A stretch of DNA of 64,000 nucleotides, taken from the NCBI RefSeq assembly GCF_963506605.1, contig NC_083294.1, positions 37,448,001 to 37,512,000 of the forward strand, given 5' to 3'. The position numbers and the translations under genes are program-made. Source of the stretch: Zootoca vivipara. Taxonomy: Eukaryota. Below, piece by piece: positions 1-11,862 of this stretch (position 1 is its first letter; each line of letters starts with the position of its first letter). Below the pieces are notes generated by a model. It was given only the letters and a program-made list of their open reading frames with translations. It was not told the origin of the DNA and ran no database searches.

Positions 1-21
1 AAGGTTATAGAACAAGGATAG

Positions 22-25
<4 letters not shown>

Positions 26-77
<52 letters not shown>
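26..77. repeat. (CT)n(CA)n microsatellite
   Basis: Direct reading. Confidence 0.95.
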
Positions 78-343
78 TGCATAGTTTCATCTCCATGGAA
101 TTTCAGAGCACGTCTTCTCTCATGCATCCCTCCCACAATACAAGAAGAGGTCTGGTTCTCAGTGTCCTATATTACACAAGGTAAATCCTATCTGAGAAAC
201 ACAAACATGTTACTCTTGAACATATTGTTATAAGTTGGGAGGGGAGGACCCCACTAAACCCAATAACTTAATGAATGGCAGAATCTAGCTGATATTTGAG
301 ATATTGAAGGGAAAAAATAAAGGCTGCAGCAGTTCTCCTGATC

Positions 344-931
344 TGTGCCAAAGGAGATTCCTGGATTTAGCCTATGCAAACTAGCTTGGCTGGGCTGGTT
401 GAATGCAATTGTTATGAAAGAATGGCCAAGCATTTACATATTAGAGCAGGCTCTCAGGTCTCTGCAAAACAGGGGTTGCCAAGGTGAGGGCTGTGAGGTG
501 ACTGGAGAAAGAGTTGTTTTACAAAAGGCTTAAGTTTTTGTAAGAGGTGTGCTGGGAAGAGAGGGGAAGGCTATTCCTCCATGAGTTGCTGGCCAGAACA
601 CCATGCAGGGACTGGAGGTCAGAACCATATTGGTGCTGGCTAGAGCAGGCTGCACCGAGACCAGGAGCCATGCATGGCTGCTTCTTTGGACCCAAGCTTT
701 CTGAAGCTATGAGAGGGGCGATGAGAGACACTCTTAAGATATAATGTTCTGCACACCTCTCCACTGAAGACTTCCAGTTGTAAATATGTGAATAAACCAT
801 ATTTCTTAGACAATAGCTCTGCTGTGCCTCAACTTTCCCAAAGGAAACACAACCCTGGGAAAACGCCTGGAACCCCTGGAATCTGATGCAGCCACCTGGT
901 GGACATTGGGGTTGCGTGTAACTGTATAACA
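344..931 (+). mobile_element. Possible solo LTR, boundaries uncertain
   Basis: LTR-like composition, AATAAA at ~791, candidate TG...CA ends; no convincing TSD. Confidence 0.3.
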
Positions 932-1132
932 CTATCCCACCCAACATGAATACAAGGTGTGCTGCAATGACTCTACCGAACCAAGGCCGTAGTGATTGGT
1001 GTCTATTGGGACTGGTTGAGTGGAAGGCCAATGAGTCAGAGCTCAGGATAGATGGAGGCAAAGCCCATGACAGGCAGGGCCAACCAATTCTATTTTTGCC
1101 CCCTGCCTCTTACATGCTGAGTTACACTAGAG

Positions 1133-1268
1133 CAGGCTTCCTCAAACTTGGCCCTCCAGATGTTTTGAGACTACAATTCACATCATCCCTGGCCACTGCT
1201 CCTGCTAGCTAGAGATCATGGGAGTTGTAGGCCAAAAACATCTGGAGGGCCGAGTTTGAGGAAGCCTG
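1133..1268. mobile_element. hAT-type MITE (136 bp)
   Basis: TIR CAGGCTTCCTCAAACT / AGTTTGAGGAAGCCTG; 8-bp TSD cactagag/tactagag. Confidence 0.93.
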
Positions 1269-2867
1269 TACTAGAGCAACACTTGACACTAAGGAGAAAG
1301 AAGGTGAGACAGATAGAGTCTGGCTGAGGGCAGTCTGAGGCTACTGCCCTATCTGCCAAAATGGTCCAGCCTCCATTGATCCTAGAGCCAAGGGTTCTGT
1401 TTTTGTGAAGATTCCAAAAAAATCCATAATTCAAGCTGGTGTTTTTTTAAAAAAAAAATCCTACAATGTAATTTTTTTTAATGTCATGTAACCACACATG
1501 ACTTTGCAGTTTGAGACACTTAAGTCAATGGATCCACAGAAATAGTTTCACAGTTATTTGGATCTGGAGCACACCATCATGATAGTTTCCATGACAATTT
1601 CATTCTTATTATCCTACCGTATCTAGTCTCATTACTCTATAGCAGGAGCAAGTAACTTCCTGGTGTTGCTGGACCACAGCTCCATCATCCCTGACCATTG
1701 GCCATGCTGGCTGGAGCAGATGGGAGTCCCACAAAATCTGAAGGGTCCCAACTATAGCAGCCTTCCCCAGTGTTAGTCTCCAGATGTTGTGGGACCGCAA
1801 CCCACATGATCCCTGACTATTGTCCAGGCTGCCTCCACTTTTATTTGTCCAGTCTCTCTTGTGACAAACCCTAGGTGAGCATACAGATCATATCAGATCC
1901 TGGTTTGGCAGCTACTCACAAAACCATGGTTTGCCAGGTACTCTTCATTTGGCCAACATGCCAAACCATGACATAGCTTTGCAAATCATGGCTTGTTTTT
2001 AATGTCTGAGCCTCCTCACCACCATTTGTCTAGTTAAAAGGTGGCAATCCTAGCTGTGTTGTATAGCACACTCCCATGTTAAATAAACAGTCACTCACAT
2101 TAGTTGAGAAACGTTGAGCAAGTTATGCTTTGCTCTCTGCTTCATACAATAGGAGGGGGAAAGGCAAAGTGGATATTATAACCCCCCTTTTTTGAATTCT
2201 GTAGTGCATGCCTTTTTTCTGCCTTGCACCTTTTTCTCCCCCTCTCCACCCTCACACATGTCTAGCATTTGCTTTTCTTGTGGGAGGCGTGACTCATGGA
2301 GAACATGACAAGTGCCACCTCTGAAGGAGCTGCTCTTGGCATTTCTCGTTTCCAATGAGAGAATGATATAAAAAAAATGGCCGGCAACAGACAGAGACTG
2401 AGACTATTGACAGTTAAAATAAGATTAATGCTTAATCTGTTTTTCTTTGCCTCTTGTCTGTTTTATCCCTCATTTTACTTTATCAGTCAGCACTGCTTCA
2501 GGGCATACTATTGGTGTAGAAGCAGGAGGATCTGAAGTGCTTCATGAATCTGAAGTTGTTTCCAGCCTTAGAGCATCACCCACATTCCCTTAATCAGGGG
2601 GGGGGGGGAACAGTGGGTTATATTCAGTGAAATCATTGCAGCAAGTTAACAACTTCCCTTCTGACCCAGAATCAGGTCTTCTATTAATGAGATATAGTAT
2701 CTGGTTCCCCATTAACATGTGGTGTGCTGTGGGTGAGAGGCAGCCCCATTCCAGCTGCACTCCACACCTGAGACAAACAGCTGTTCTCCAATGAAAGTTC
2801 CCATTCCCCTCATTCTCTTGCCCACAAGGCCCCTGAATTCTCCCCACCTGTGCACACCATCATTTGC

Positions 2868-3090
2868 TATGGGAGATGAATGGGCACAAACCTACCAAAT
2901 GCACACTTTTCTGAGCAGTATGCAAGCCAGTACACAAGCCATCCTTCAAAATCTACACTTCTCTGAATTTTGCAGTGCAGCTCTCCAAGCAAGTAACTTG
3001 TGCCAAAATGCACATAGTAAAATGTGTATATGAATGCATATATTAGGGAAGATGCCATACAAAAATGCACTACATTATAGGAAATTGCTT
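2868..3090. mobile_element. Degenerate interspersed repeat, same family as 26810-27085 in opposite orientation
   Basis: Alignable by eye to the reverse complement of 26940-27085 (ccatcctt..aaat...ctgaatttt.gtgca.ctctcca). Confidence 0.6.
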
Positions 3091-3095
3091 AGGAA

Positions 3096-3470
3096 CAGGG
3101 GTGCCAACTTGTCCACCACATTGGGGGGCGTATCATGTGACAAATCATATGATGTGTCCTGCCCCTGTCAAATGCTGGGCCAGGCCACCGTGATGTCAGC
3201 GCTTGCATGCCAGGTGTGGAATGGGGAGCTCAGAGCTGGGCTCTGGGCTCAGCCTCCTCTCCCCGGCATTGGGCAAGGGCGGGACATGTGGAGGGCAAAC
3301 TTTGCTCTCACTTGTCCCAGCCCTCTCCCAGCTCCCGGGCACTCCTGGGTGGGGCATGTGGAGGGCACCCAGCACCTGGGGGTGTTGGCCCCCTCAATAT
3401 TGGGGGCTGGGGCCCCTGCTTCAAAATGCTGACGGGGATGAAACCCCTTGCACCCCTTATACCTGGTGAT
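3096..3470. mobile_element. Degenerate hAT-like non-autonomous element
   Basis: Starts CAGGGGTGCCAACT, GC-rich body, right end decayed. Confidence 0.5.
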
Positions 3471-4187
3471 GTTGGTTAAGAAAAGGTTTTGGTTTCTAGC
3501 ATGTCAAAGAAGACTTTGGCTAGGATATAGACTTGGCGTAGCTTTGGGCATTATGGAGTCAGGTGGAAGAGGATGCTTGGATACCTTGGGCAATGGGTTA
3601 GAATCAACTGTGTTCAACATAAGAGTAAGTGGCACTGAACAGAAGCTCTGACTGCCCACACAATCAGCATGATCTATTGAGTACGTCTTGAACACATGAA
3701 ACAGCCATGTAATGAGTCCATCTAGCTCATTTATCCGTCTAGCTCAGTACTGTGTGCTCTGATTGGCTTCAAGGCTCACGTCTTTACAAGATGAACTAAA
3801 AATCTTTGAAGTGAAGATAGAATTCTGGGGATAGAATTTGAGAGCTTAAGCATGCAAAGTACATTGCCACTTGCTCTATGTTCCCCCTATAGGGATAGTG
3901 AGATAATTAAACTGGAGATGGATTAGGGCAACCTTGGGCAACCTGGGACATTCCAGATATTGTGGACTACAGCTCCCATCAGCCGTTATTGTAGTCCATA
4001 ACATCTGGAGGGCACTAGATTTTCAATGGTTGTATTACTGCCTTCCCGACACCCACAGGAACAATTATTATACGTGCTATTATACATATTATACATTATC
4101 AACATATTATTATACACCCTGTTCTTCATATAATATGCACATTTTATTGGCATACTTTTGCTTATAATTAGTCATGCTCATAAAGAC

Positions 4188-4285
4188 AGGGTTGCCATAC
4201 ATCTGGAATTTCCCAGACATGTCTGGGATATAAAGCTCAACAACTTTTGTGTCCTGAATTTTACTTCTGGAAATATGGCAACCCT
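4188..4285. mobile_element. MITE
   Basis: TIR AGGGTTGCCATA / TATGGCAACCCT. Confidence 0.7.
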
Positions 4286-4802
4286 AGTAAAGAAAGACAG
4301 TCAATACAACATGAGTGTTTCAGGCACAAGCCAGTACTTGATGTAAGGAGGTGGTCCAATCCAGGCCAAGCTCAGAAAGGCCAAAACCTGCAGTATTCCA
4401 TGTATAAATCAATTTAAAACAGATTCCTCCTGCATCCCTAATGAAAGCACTGTGGAAAAGAAGTCTAGCCATCTCCCACTTCCCATCCAAACTAAAGTCG
4501 CACCTAATTGGGGGGTGATAAATGCACAGATATCTATGAGCCAAATCCTCATTTAGCTTCTGTAACAAGGAAGGAAGAAGAACCCCCTGGATAGAGAGGA
4601 AAGGTCAACACCCCAACTCTTTCTCCAGACCATTAAAGCCTGCCTTGTTTTATTTGGGAGAACCCATTTGTTCACATTACATTATCCCCTAATAAATCAC
4701 TCAAGATATGACTAATCAAATAATTTCCAAGACTGCATAGGAACTAAGTGTGTGGGTCTGTGGATGCTCTAACCCCCACAACATTCCCCATGAAGGGGCA
4801 GG

Positions 4803-5644
4803 TGTAACGAAATAACCCTAGGATGATATATTTGGTCACAGCCTGGATGTATAAGGGTTAATGCATCTCCTGCCCTGAGTTGCATCACATGCTTGTGGGG
4901 GCGGGGTTATGAACATTCTATGAGGAGAAAAGAGCGGTTATGACAGTTGGGAGATAGAGGGAGATAGAGAGAGGGAGATGAAGCAGGAAAGTGTGAGCTT
5001 AGGTGATGGTGAAATAGGTTTATAGAGTAGTGTTAGGTGAGGAACGGGTGAGGTTTGAAATTATATGTTTAACAAGAAAAGTTCCATTGAAACCACATGC
5101 TTGTACACATGAACCTTGAATGCAACCGTTAAGTACATAAGACATTAAATGTTAAATTAAAGTTCCATCCGTACTATCGTCTGTGTGACCTTTCCAGCAG
5201 AGGTATCCAGTGCTCATCTGGTGGGGATACTCATTAAAAGGACAAAACCCCTTATCTAAGGCAGGAAGGATAGGTTGTTGTCCCTTGGGTGCACCGAGAG
5301 GAGGAGGAAGAGGGAGACTGGTTCAAGGGTGACACAGAGTTTCCTCAGGAGGGAGGAAAGCTTTGCAGTGGGGAAAGCTCAAGAGAGGAGAACCCCTTAC
5401 TGGTGTGTACACTAGGAATAGTCTCATATCCACCTCAGAGCTTAAACAGATACCGGGCTACGTTTTGGGCTGGAAGAGTACTTTCATTTTATCTTTAAAC
5501 CCCAAGTGTTGTGAGGGGGTTTATAAGGAGAATAACTGGGATAGTGGGAGGTGAACTTTACCTCAGGACATCCCCATTAAAGCCTTGCACAATCTGAGAA
5601 GTAGGTTGTACAATAAAGACGGAAAGTAGAGGACTTTCGTCACA
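4803..5644. mobile_element. Solo LTR (842 bp)
   Basis: Inverted termini TGTAACGAAA...TTTCGTCACA; perfect 5-bp TSD GCAGG (4798-4802, 5645-5649). Confidence 0.88.
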
Positions 5645-5649
5645 GCAGG

Positions 5650-6160
5650 GCACCCACAATTTTTTGTGCCCGGGCCACATATGCCGTGGGGGCATATGTG
5701 CACGACATCAGCATGCCCAGCCGCAGAACATATGCTTCCACGAAGCGTGCCCCTGAGGGAGCACACTGTGCATAGCCCAGCCAGGCATGCTGCCCAGCTG
5801 AGAGGGGCAGCCAACTCCAGGGGGCCCTGGAGTGGCTCTGTGTGCCACTACTATTCCCCCCAACACCACATGCCTCCTTAACTTATGGAGGCCAGTTGTG
5901 GCTTCTGGAAGGCCCAAAGGCACCCATCACAGCTGTGGGAAGGCCCATTGAGGCTGTGGGAAGAGCTGATGAGGCCACAGGAAGGCCTGACGGGCCCTGC
6001 TGGGCCTTCCTGTGGCCACAACAGGCCCCATCGGGCCTTGCAGAGGCTGCAACGGGCCTCCTCCTGTGGGATGTCACACATGCACCCTGTGCATGACAGC
6101 GCACACCGGGCACCCAGAAAGTGGGGCAGGACCCAACGCCCGAGCAAGACTGAATCCTTA
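5650..6160. mobile_element. GC-rich non-autonomous element, probable host of the LTR
   Basis: Internal short repeats, subterminal inverted gtgcccgg/ccgggcac. Confidence 0.45.
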
Positions 6161-6524
6161 TATATTAAAATTTATGCTGACGGCTGCCACAGAAGGCAAA
6201 TGCAAGCCCTGAAAATTCTCTCTTTCACTTTTTGTGTCTCTCCACCTTTACCAATTTGTTTGTGACTGCAAATGTGAGGGGCTGATAAACCCCACAATCC
6301 TATTGCCCAAAATGAACTAATCTAGCTTTGAATTACATGGTTTTCACTTTCTCAGAACTATGAAAATCACGGTATCATTTTTTTTTAAAAAAAAGGGGGG
6401 GTTATTAACAGTGGTGATCCACCTGGAATATGAAACATACTTTAATTGATCTAGGTGTGGTATTAACTTTTTAGCTAATTGGGAATGTATTTCCCAATGA
6501 GATATTGATCACAACCAAACCAAA

Positions 6525-6670
6525 CTTTTAAAGCACATTGCTTCCCGCAAAGAATGCTGGGAACTGTAAATTGTTAAGGGTACTGGGAATTGCAGCTTTG
6601 TAAGGAGGAAACTACAGTTCCCAAGATTATTGGGGAGAGGCTACCGGTATGTGCTTTAAATGTATGGAGT
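6525..6670. mobile_element. Palindromic MITE (Harbinger-like)
   Basis: taaagcacat...atgtgcttta and gggaactgta/tacagttccc inverted pairs. Confidence 0.6.
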
Positions 6671-7078
6671 TGGTGTCATCATCATTTAAAGATTGTCTGG
6701 AATCTACAGACTCCATAGGATTAGGAGTGAAAGCAGAGTGTTCTAAGTTGGGCCTGCTTTTCAGCTGTTATACAGTATATTCATTCATTCGTTCGTTCAT
6801 TCACTCGTTCATCACATTCCACACATACAATATAAGAGATACAATAAAAAACAGTTAAAAGCAGCTCAGAAAACAGCAGATATATATTTTTAAAAGCAAT
6901 ACAAAGGTGACACCCATGCCAGAGACCAATTCATCAAGTTAGGAAACCCCATCAGAACAGAAATGTTGTTTCCAGAAAGTGCAGATAGGGGATATCTGTC
7001 ATATCTTGACAGGAATTCTGTTCCACAGAACAAGAGGCTACACTAAAAGCCCTGTGATACGTTACTGTGGAGCTAAGT

Positions 7079-7120
7079 ATCACAGAATTGTAGCATTGGA
7101 AGGGGCCAAGGCAGTTCATC
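7079..7120 (-). mobile_element. 3' CR1-type tail half of a tRNA-Lys-derived SINE, interrupted at 7120
   Basis: atcacagaattgtagcattggaagggg...ttcatc resembles the reverse of a CR1-type tail; the continuation (tagtccaacc...) is at 23008. Confidence 0.65.
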
Positions 7121-7438
7121 CAGTGGTGTGCAAACTTTTTTCAAAGAGGGCCAGATTTGATGAAGTGAAGGGCTGTGAGGGCCGACCAAACAACGGCCAA
7201 CCAAAGTTGTTAACCTTTTTTTTTTTAGGATTGAGGATGTTGATCTTTTTTATGATTTTACCCCAAAGTTGTTGAGCTTTTTTAGGATTGAGGTTAAATA
7301 AACTGCCACAGGGGATGGATTGAACCTTCCATCGGGCCGGATTAGGCCCCCGAAATGGATTTTGTGCCCTGCCCCAGCACTCAGAGCCATTCACTTCATC
7401 AAATCTTGCCCTCTTTGGAAAACGTTGCGACAACACTG
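7121..7438. mobile_element. hAT MITE lacking its right TIR, followed by an inverted copy of its left end
   Basis: CAGTGGTGTGCAAACT at 7121; 7390-7438 is the reverse complement of 7121-7170; homologous pieces at 17257-17433 (-) and 22855-23003 (+). Confidence 0.8.
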
Positions 7439-8115
7439 AAGGGGTAAAGTCAAAGAGTTCAGAGGAGAAGAGAAGGGAGTGCTGGATACTGACCCCCCCC
7501 ATGCAGCTTCTGTTGGAAAAGTGGTGTAGTTTAAGCAGCCCGGTCACCCCACCCCTTCCCATTGTGCCCTGCCCCTTTCCCTGCAAGGGTTCAGGTGAAT
7601 GCAAAACACCTTGGGGCAAAGCAAGTTTTTTGGGGGGGCTGGGGGGATGCAATGACAGGGGATGATGGAGGGGGAGATAGCAGGCAGGTAAGCTGCTGGG
7701 CAGGTGGGGGAGGGAGACCCCCCCCCCAAAAAAAGTGAAAGGAGGTGGGTGTGCAGCTGAGGTCTCCCCCATTTCAAGTATTCCGAATAGCAATATGGAT
7801 ACTATAAACACATGCAGAAATACAAACATTTCCTAAATTTCAGATGAGTTTCCTGCATTCCAAGGGATTCGACAACCTATTTCTTAATAGGTTTAATTGC
7901 ATTTGGTTCTTTTTCTCTGCATGTCATTCCTTGAACAGCTTCCTGTACAAAGATAAGGCTTGCTTTCATTGCTCTGTTCATTTGCACATTTGACTAGTGT
8001 TGTGTGGAGGGAAATGCAACCACTGGGCTGAAATATGTCCCCTCCTGCCTCCCTGTGTTTGAAAAATTGCCTCTTTCCCCTCAGCTGCTATGTCTGTTTG
8101 TGAAATCACAGGAGA
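7439..8115 (+). repeat. Local duplication block A, copy 1
   Basis: Alignable to 17434-18262 (+) and 22122-22853 (-); the ORF track shows the shared MFVFLHVFIVSILLFGILEMG translation. Confidence 0.92.
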
Positions 8116-8470
8116 CCATACAGAGACAGGCTGTGGGAAACTAGCTCTCGGGGGGTATTAATAAAGAGATGGTGACTGAGGAGCCCCCCCCCCTTGTGAC
8201 ACATGTGGCATGTGGGCTCCATGATAACCTCAGAAACCTTCCTTAGCACCCACCAAGGCTCCCTGACCCTCCACTTCCCATGTTAATCACGATACGATAC
8301 GATAATAAAAGACAAGACAAGACAAGACAAGACAAGACAATACTCTTCATTGGCATTTCAAGTTAAGACTTTTCAAAATGGCATGAGATACAAAGTCTTT
8401 CATCTTCGGGGTGTGTGCATTTATTAATAAAGAAATTATGACTGAGGAGCCACACACCCCGCCTTGGGAC

Positions 8471-8776
8471 TGTTAATATTTTCATCCCTCCCTCTTCTGT
8501 CAATCTCCTGACTCAGTGAAGAGAGAGAGGGGAGGAGTCTTCCTTGGTAACTGTTATTCCTAACTGTCAGTTCTGGAGAGTGTGTTCTGAGGTAAAGATG
8601 CGTTCTTACTTATGTTAGATGACTGAAACTCACACAGTCTGTATATTACAGTTATATATGTTTAGTTTAATAAAAAAAATAAGAATTACTTCAAAACCTC
8701 TGAAGCTGAACTTCATCTGTTTATTGGTGCTCAGGGCTAGAAGTTGTGAGTCCGGATATATGGTTTAAATCCATCA
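8471..8776 (+). mobile_element. Solo LTR (306 bp)
   Basis: TG...CA, AATAAA at ~8669, 5-bp TSD gggac/gtgac; empty site visible in the paralogous segment at 8191-8210 (cccttgtgacacatgtgg). Confidence 0.88.
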
Positions 8777-9005
8777 GTGACACGCGTGGCAGGTGGGCTC
8801 CATGGTAACCACAGGAAACCCTCCTTAGCACCCACCAAGACCCCCTGACCTCCAATTTTTAAAAAGTTTCCCCAAAATCTGTTACTTTTTATAGTGCTGC
8901 AAAACCGTTTGTTTTGGAAGTTGATGGGTTGGTATTATTTCTTTATTTTGCCCTTTGTGAGTGATTAATAAACTGGTTCCTTTTACTTAAGGTCTCTGGA
9001 TCCTT

Positions 9006-9223
9006 TGAAATAAAGTGATGTGGACAAAATGGGTTGATTAGGAAACCTTTTTATTATACACACTTGCAAGTGGGGTAACACAAGATCAGCCACACCTTCA
9101 TCAGGAAAACACATCTTATAAAGTAGCTTCTCCGGCCGCATGTCCCTCCTTCAACGCCCACAAGAAGGGGCGTGCCCATTGACAGAAGTATCGCATTTGC
9201 CTCATTAACATTTTTCCATTCCA
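9006..9223 (-). mobile_element. ~218-bp LTR-like segment, copy 1 of 3
   Basis: Termini TGAAAT/ATTCCA; TATA-like and AATAAA motifs on the minus strand; absent from the paralogous flank at 22030-22050. Confidence 0.55.
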
Positions 9224-9389
9224 CTTCCCATGTTAATCACAAGACAAGACAATACAAATACAATACAATACAATACAAATACAATACAATACAATACAAA
9301 TACAATACAAATACAATACAAATGCCTTTATTGCCATTTCAAGTTAAGACATTTCAAAATGTCCTTTTACTTAACTTCTCTGGAACCTT

Positions 9390-9608
9390 TTAAATAACGT
9401 GATGTGGACAAAATGGGTCAATTAGGAAACTTTTTTATTATACACACTTGCAAGTGGGGTAACACAAGAACAGGCACATCTTCATCAGAAAAAACACATC
9501 TTATAAAGTAGCATATCCGGCCACATGTCCCTCCTTCAATGCCCACAAGAAGGGGCGTTCCAGTTGACAGAAGTATCGTGTTCAGCTCATTAACATTTTA
9601 CCATTCCA
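9390..9608 (-). mobile_element. ~218-bp LTR-like segment, copy 2
   Basis: Direct repeat of 9006-9223. Confidence 0.55.
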
Positions 9609-9624
9609 CTTCCCATGTTAATCG

Positions 9625-9835
9625 CAATACGATACGATACGATACAATACAATACAATACAATACAATACAATAATCTTTATTGGCATTTCAAGTTAAGA
9701 CACTTCCAAATGGCATGAGATAAAATGTCTTTCTTACTGTTTCCTGTTTCCGAGAGATTTGAATGGGGAAATCCTTTCGAATCTTCAATAATAAGAGGCC
9801 GTGGGGTGAGGGAGGCCAGGGCCACATCCACACCA
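9625..9835 (-). repeat. Orphan 3'-end cassette of the duplicated transcription unit
   Basis: Matches 11690-11880; minus-strand AATAAA at 9678-9683 followed by (TATTG)n. Confidence 0.8.
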
Positions 9836-9867
9836 ATGACTTTTAGTGATCGATTGACCGAATGATG

Positions 9868-10333
9868 AAAAGTGCTTTTGTCCTGAGATGCTAACTTTCT
9901 CTCTGCGTGTCATTCCTTGAACAGCTTCCTGTGCAAAGATAAGGCTTTTTCATTGCTCTGTTCATTTGAGCATTTAACTAGTGTTGTGTGGAGGGAAATG
10001 CAACCACTAGGCTGGAAAATGTCCCCCTCCTGCCCCCTTGGTTTCCGGTGTGGCCTTCACAGATATTGGCCCTTCTTGGGTATGAGTGTGTTTTGGCTGC
10101 TCAGCTGCACTCATCATTGTGAGGGCTGAGGGGGTGATGGTGATGCCTCCCCAGCTGCTGCCATTGTCTGTGGGTTGACTATGATGTGACAAAAATATTT
10201 GGCAGCTGAGCGAGTATAAATGTGGGCCAAGGCGCAAGCCTCGGCAGTTGCCCTCCCCAGAGAGATATGGGCAGCTCAGTGGCACTCAGCCCTGGTGGTC
10301 TCCTGCCCCATGGCAGCAAGCTGGCAAGCAGAA
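9868..10333 (+). promoter_or_regulatory. Third, truncated copy of the promoter and exon 1 start
   Basis: Matches 20080-20552; TATAAAT at 10215-10221; breaks at gcagaa into an inverted upstream segment. Confidence 0.7.
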
Positions 10334-10610
10334 TGACATGCAGAGAGAAAGTTAGCATCTCAGGAAAGAAAAACACTTTTTCAGCAATCAATCAATCATT
10401 TATTGTATTTGACTAAAAGCCATTACAAATCCAGTTACAAAAGCACCAAACCCAAATACCCAAACTATAGCTCCCAGATTCTTTGGCAGAAGAAGCCAGG
10501 TGGATGCCATTTAAACTCAGTGATGTGTCAAGTGATGGCTACATACTACCTCCAGGTTCAAAGGTGGCATATTTCTGTATATCAGTTCCTGAGAATCACG
10601 GGGGCAGTTG
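10331..10610 (-). repeat. Inverted copy of 19845-20128, includes a CR1-like 3' fragment
   Basis: The ORF track shows a near-identical MYLTKSHYKSSYKSTKP... translation on opposite strands (10403+ and 19801-). Confidence 0.9.
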
Positions 10611-10843
10611 TCCATCAGTGATACGTGTGGCATGTGGGCACCATGGTAACCTCAGAAACCCTTATCACACACCAAGACCCCCTGACCCTCTGATTTTAAA
10701 AAAGTTTTCCCAAAATCTGTTACTTTTTATAGTGCTGCAAAACCATTTGTTTTGGAAGTTGATGGGTTGGTATTATTTCTTTATTTTGCCCTTTGTGAGT
10801 GATTAATAAACTGGTTCCTTTTACTTAAGGTCTCTGGATTATT

Positions 10844-11062
10844 TGAAATAAAGTGATGTGGACAAAATGGGTCAATTAGGAAACCTTTTTATTATACACA
10901 CTTGCAAGTGGGGTAACGCAAGAACAGGCACATCTTCATCAGGAAAAACACATCTTATAAAGTAGCATGTCCGGCCGCAAGTCCCTCCTTCAACGCCCAC
11001 AAGAATGGGCATGCCAGTTGACAGAAGTATCGTGTTCAGCTCATTAACATTTTACCATTCCA
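10844..11062 (-). mobile_element. ~218-bp LTR-like segment, copy 3
   Basis: Direct repeat of 9006-9223. Confidence 0.55.
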
Positions 11063-11079
11063 CTTCCCATGTTAATCAC

Positions 11080-11275
11080 GATACAATACAATACAATACA
11101 ATACAATACAATAATCTTTATTGGGATTTCAAGTCAAGACACTTCAAAATGGCATGAGATACAATGTCTTTCTTCCTGTTTCCTGTTTCCAAGAGATTTG
11201 AATGGGGAAATCCTTTCGAATCTTCAATAATAAGAGGCCGTGGGGTGAGGGAGGCCAGGCCCACATCCACATCAA
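11080..11275 (-). repeat. Orphan 3'-end cassette
   Basis: Matches 9625-9835; minus-strand AATAAA at 11117-11122. Confidence 0.8.
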
Positions 11276-11361
11276 TGACTTTTAGTGATTGATCAATCGA
11301 ATGATGAAAAAGTGCTTTTTTCCTGAGATGCTAACTTTCTCTCTGCATGTCATTATTTGAA

Positions 11362-11621
11362 CAGTGAAGAGAGAGAGGGGAGGAGTCTTCCTTGGTAACT
11401 GTTATTCCTAACTGTCAGTTCTGGAGAGTGTGTTCTGAGGTAAAGATGCGTTCTTATGTTAGATGACTGAAACTCACACAGTCTGTATATTACAGTTATA
11501 TATGTTTAGTTTAATAAAAAAGAATAAGAATTACTTCAAAACCTCTGAAGCTGAACTTCATCTGTTTATTGGTGCTCAGGGCTAGAAGTTGTGAGTCCGG
11601 ATATATGGTTTAAATCCATCA
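11362..11621 (+). mobile_element. 5'-truncated duplicate of LTR 8471-8776
   Basis: Near-identical sequence with the same right flank gtgacac, so it arose by duplication and not by a new insertion. Confidence 0.88.
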
Positions 11622-11862
11622 GTGACACGTGTGGCAGGTGGGCTCCATGGTAACCACAGAAACCCTCCTTAGCACCCACCAAGACCCCCAATACAATACA
11701 ATACAATACAATGCAATAATCTTTATTGGGATTTCAAGTTAAGACACTTCAAAATGGCAAGAGATACAATGTCTTTCTTCCTGTTTCCTATTTCCGAGAG
11801 ATTTGAATGGGGAAATCATTTCGAATCTTCAATAATAAGAGGCTGTGGGGTGAGGGAGGCCA

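Noticed and set aside
5966-5995. CTGATGA plus a GGCC stem (hammerhead-like)
   Set aside because: No GAAA, stem III or cleavage triplet.
7116-7829. 237-aa ORF with a signal-peptide-like start
   Set aside because: Non-ATG-supported function, low complexity, different frames among block A copies, extends into the hAT MITE.
9830-9890. AAAGTGCT (miR-302/427/430 seed) and a TGATGA...CTGA C/D-like pair, also at ~11275-11330
   Set aside because: Pairing is too weak for a pre-miRNA and the boxes are too close for a snoRNA. The paralogue at 20050-20105 shows derivation from a (GATT)n tract at a rearrangement junction.
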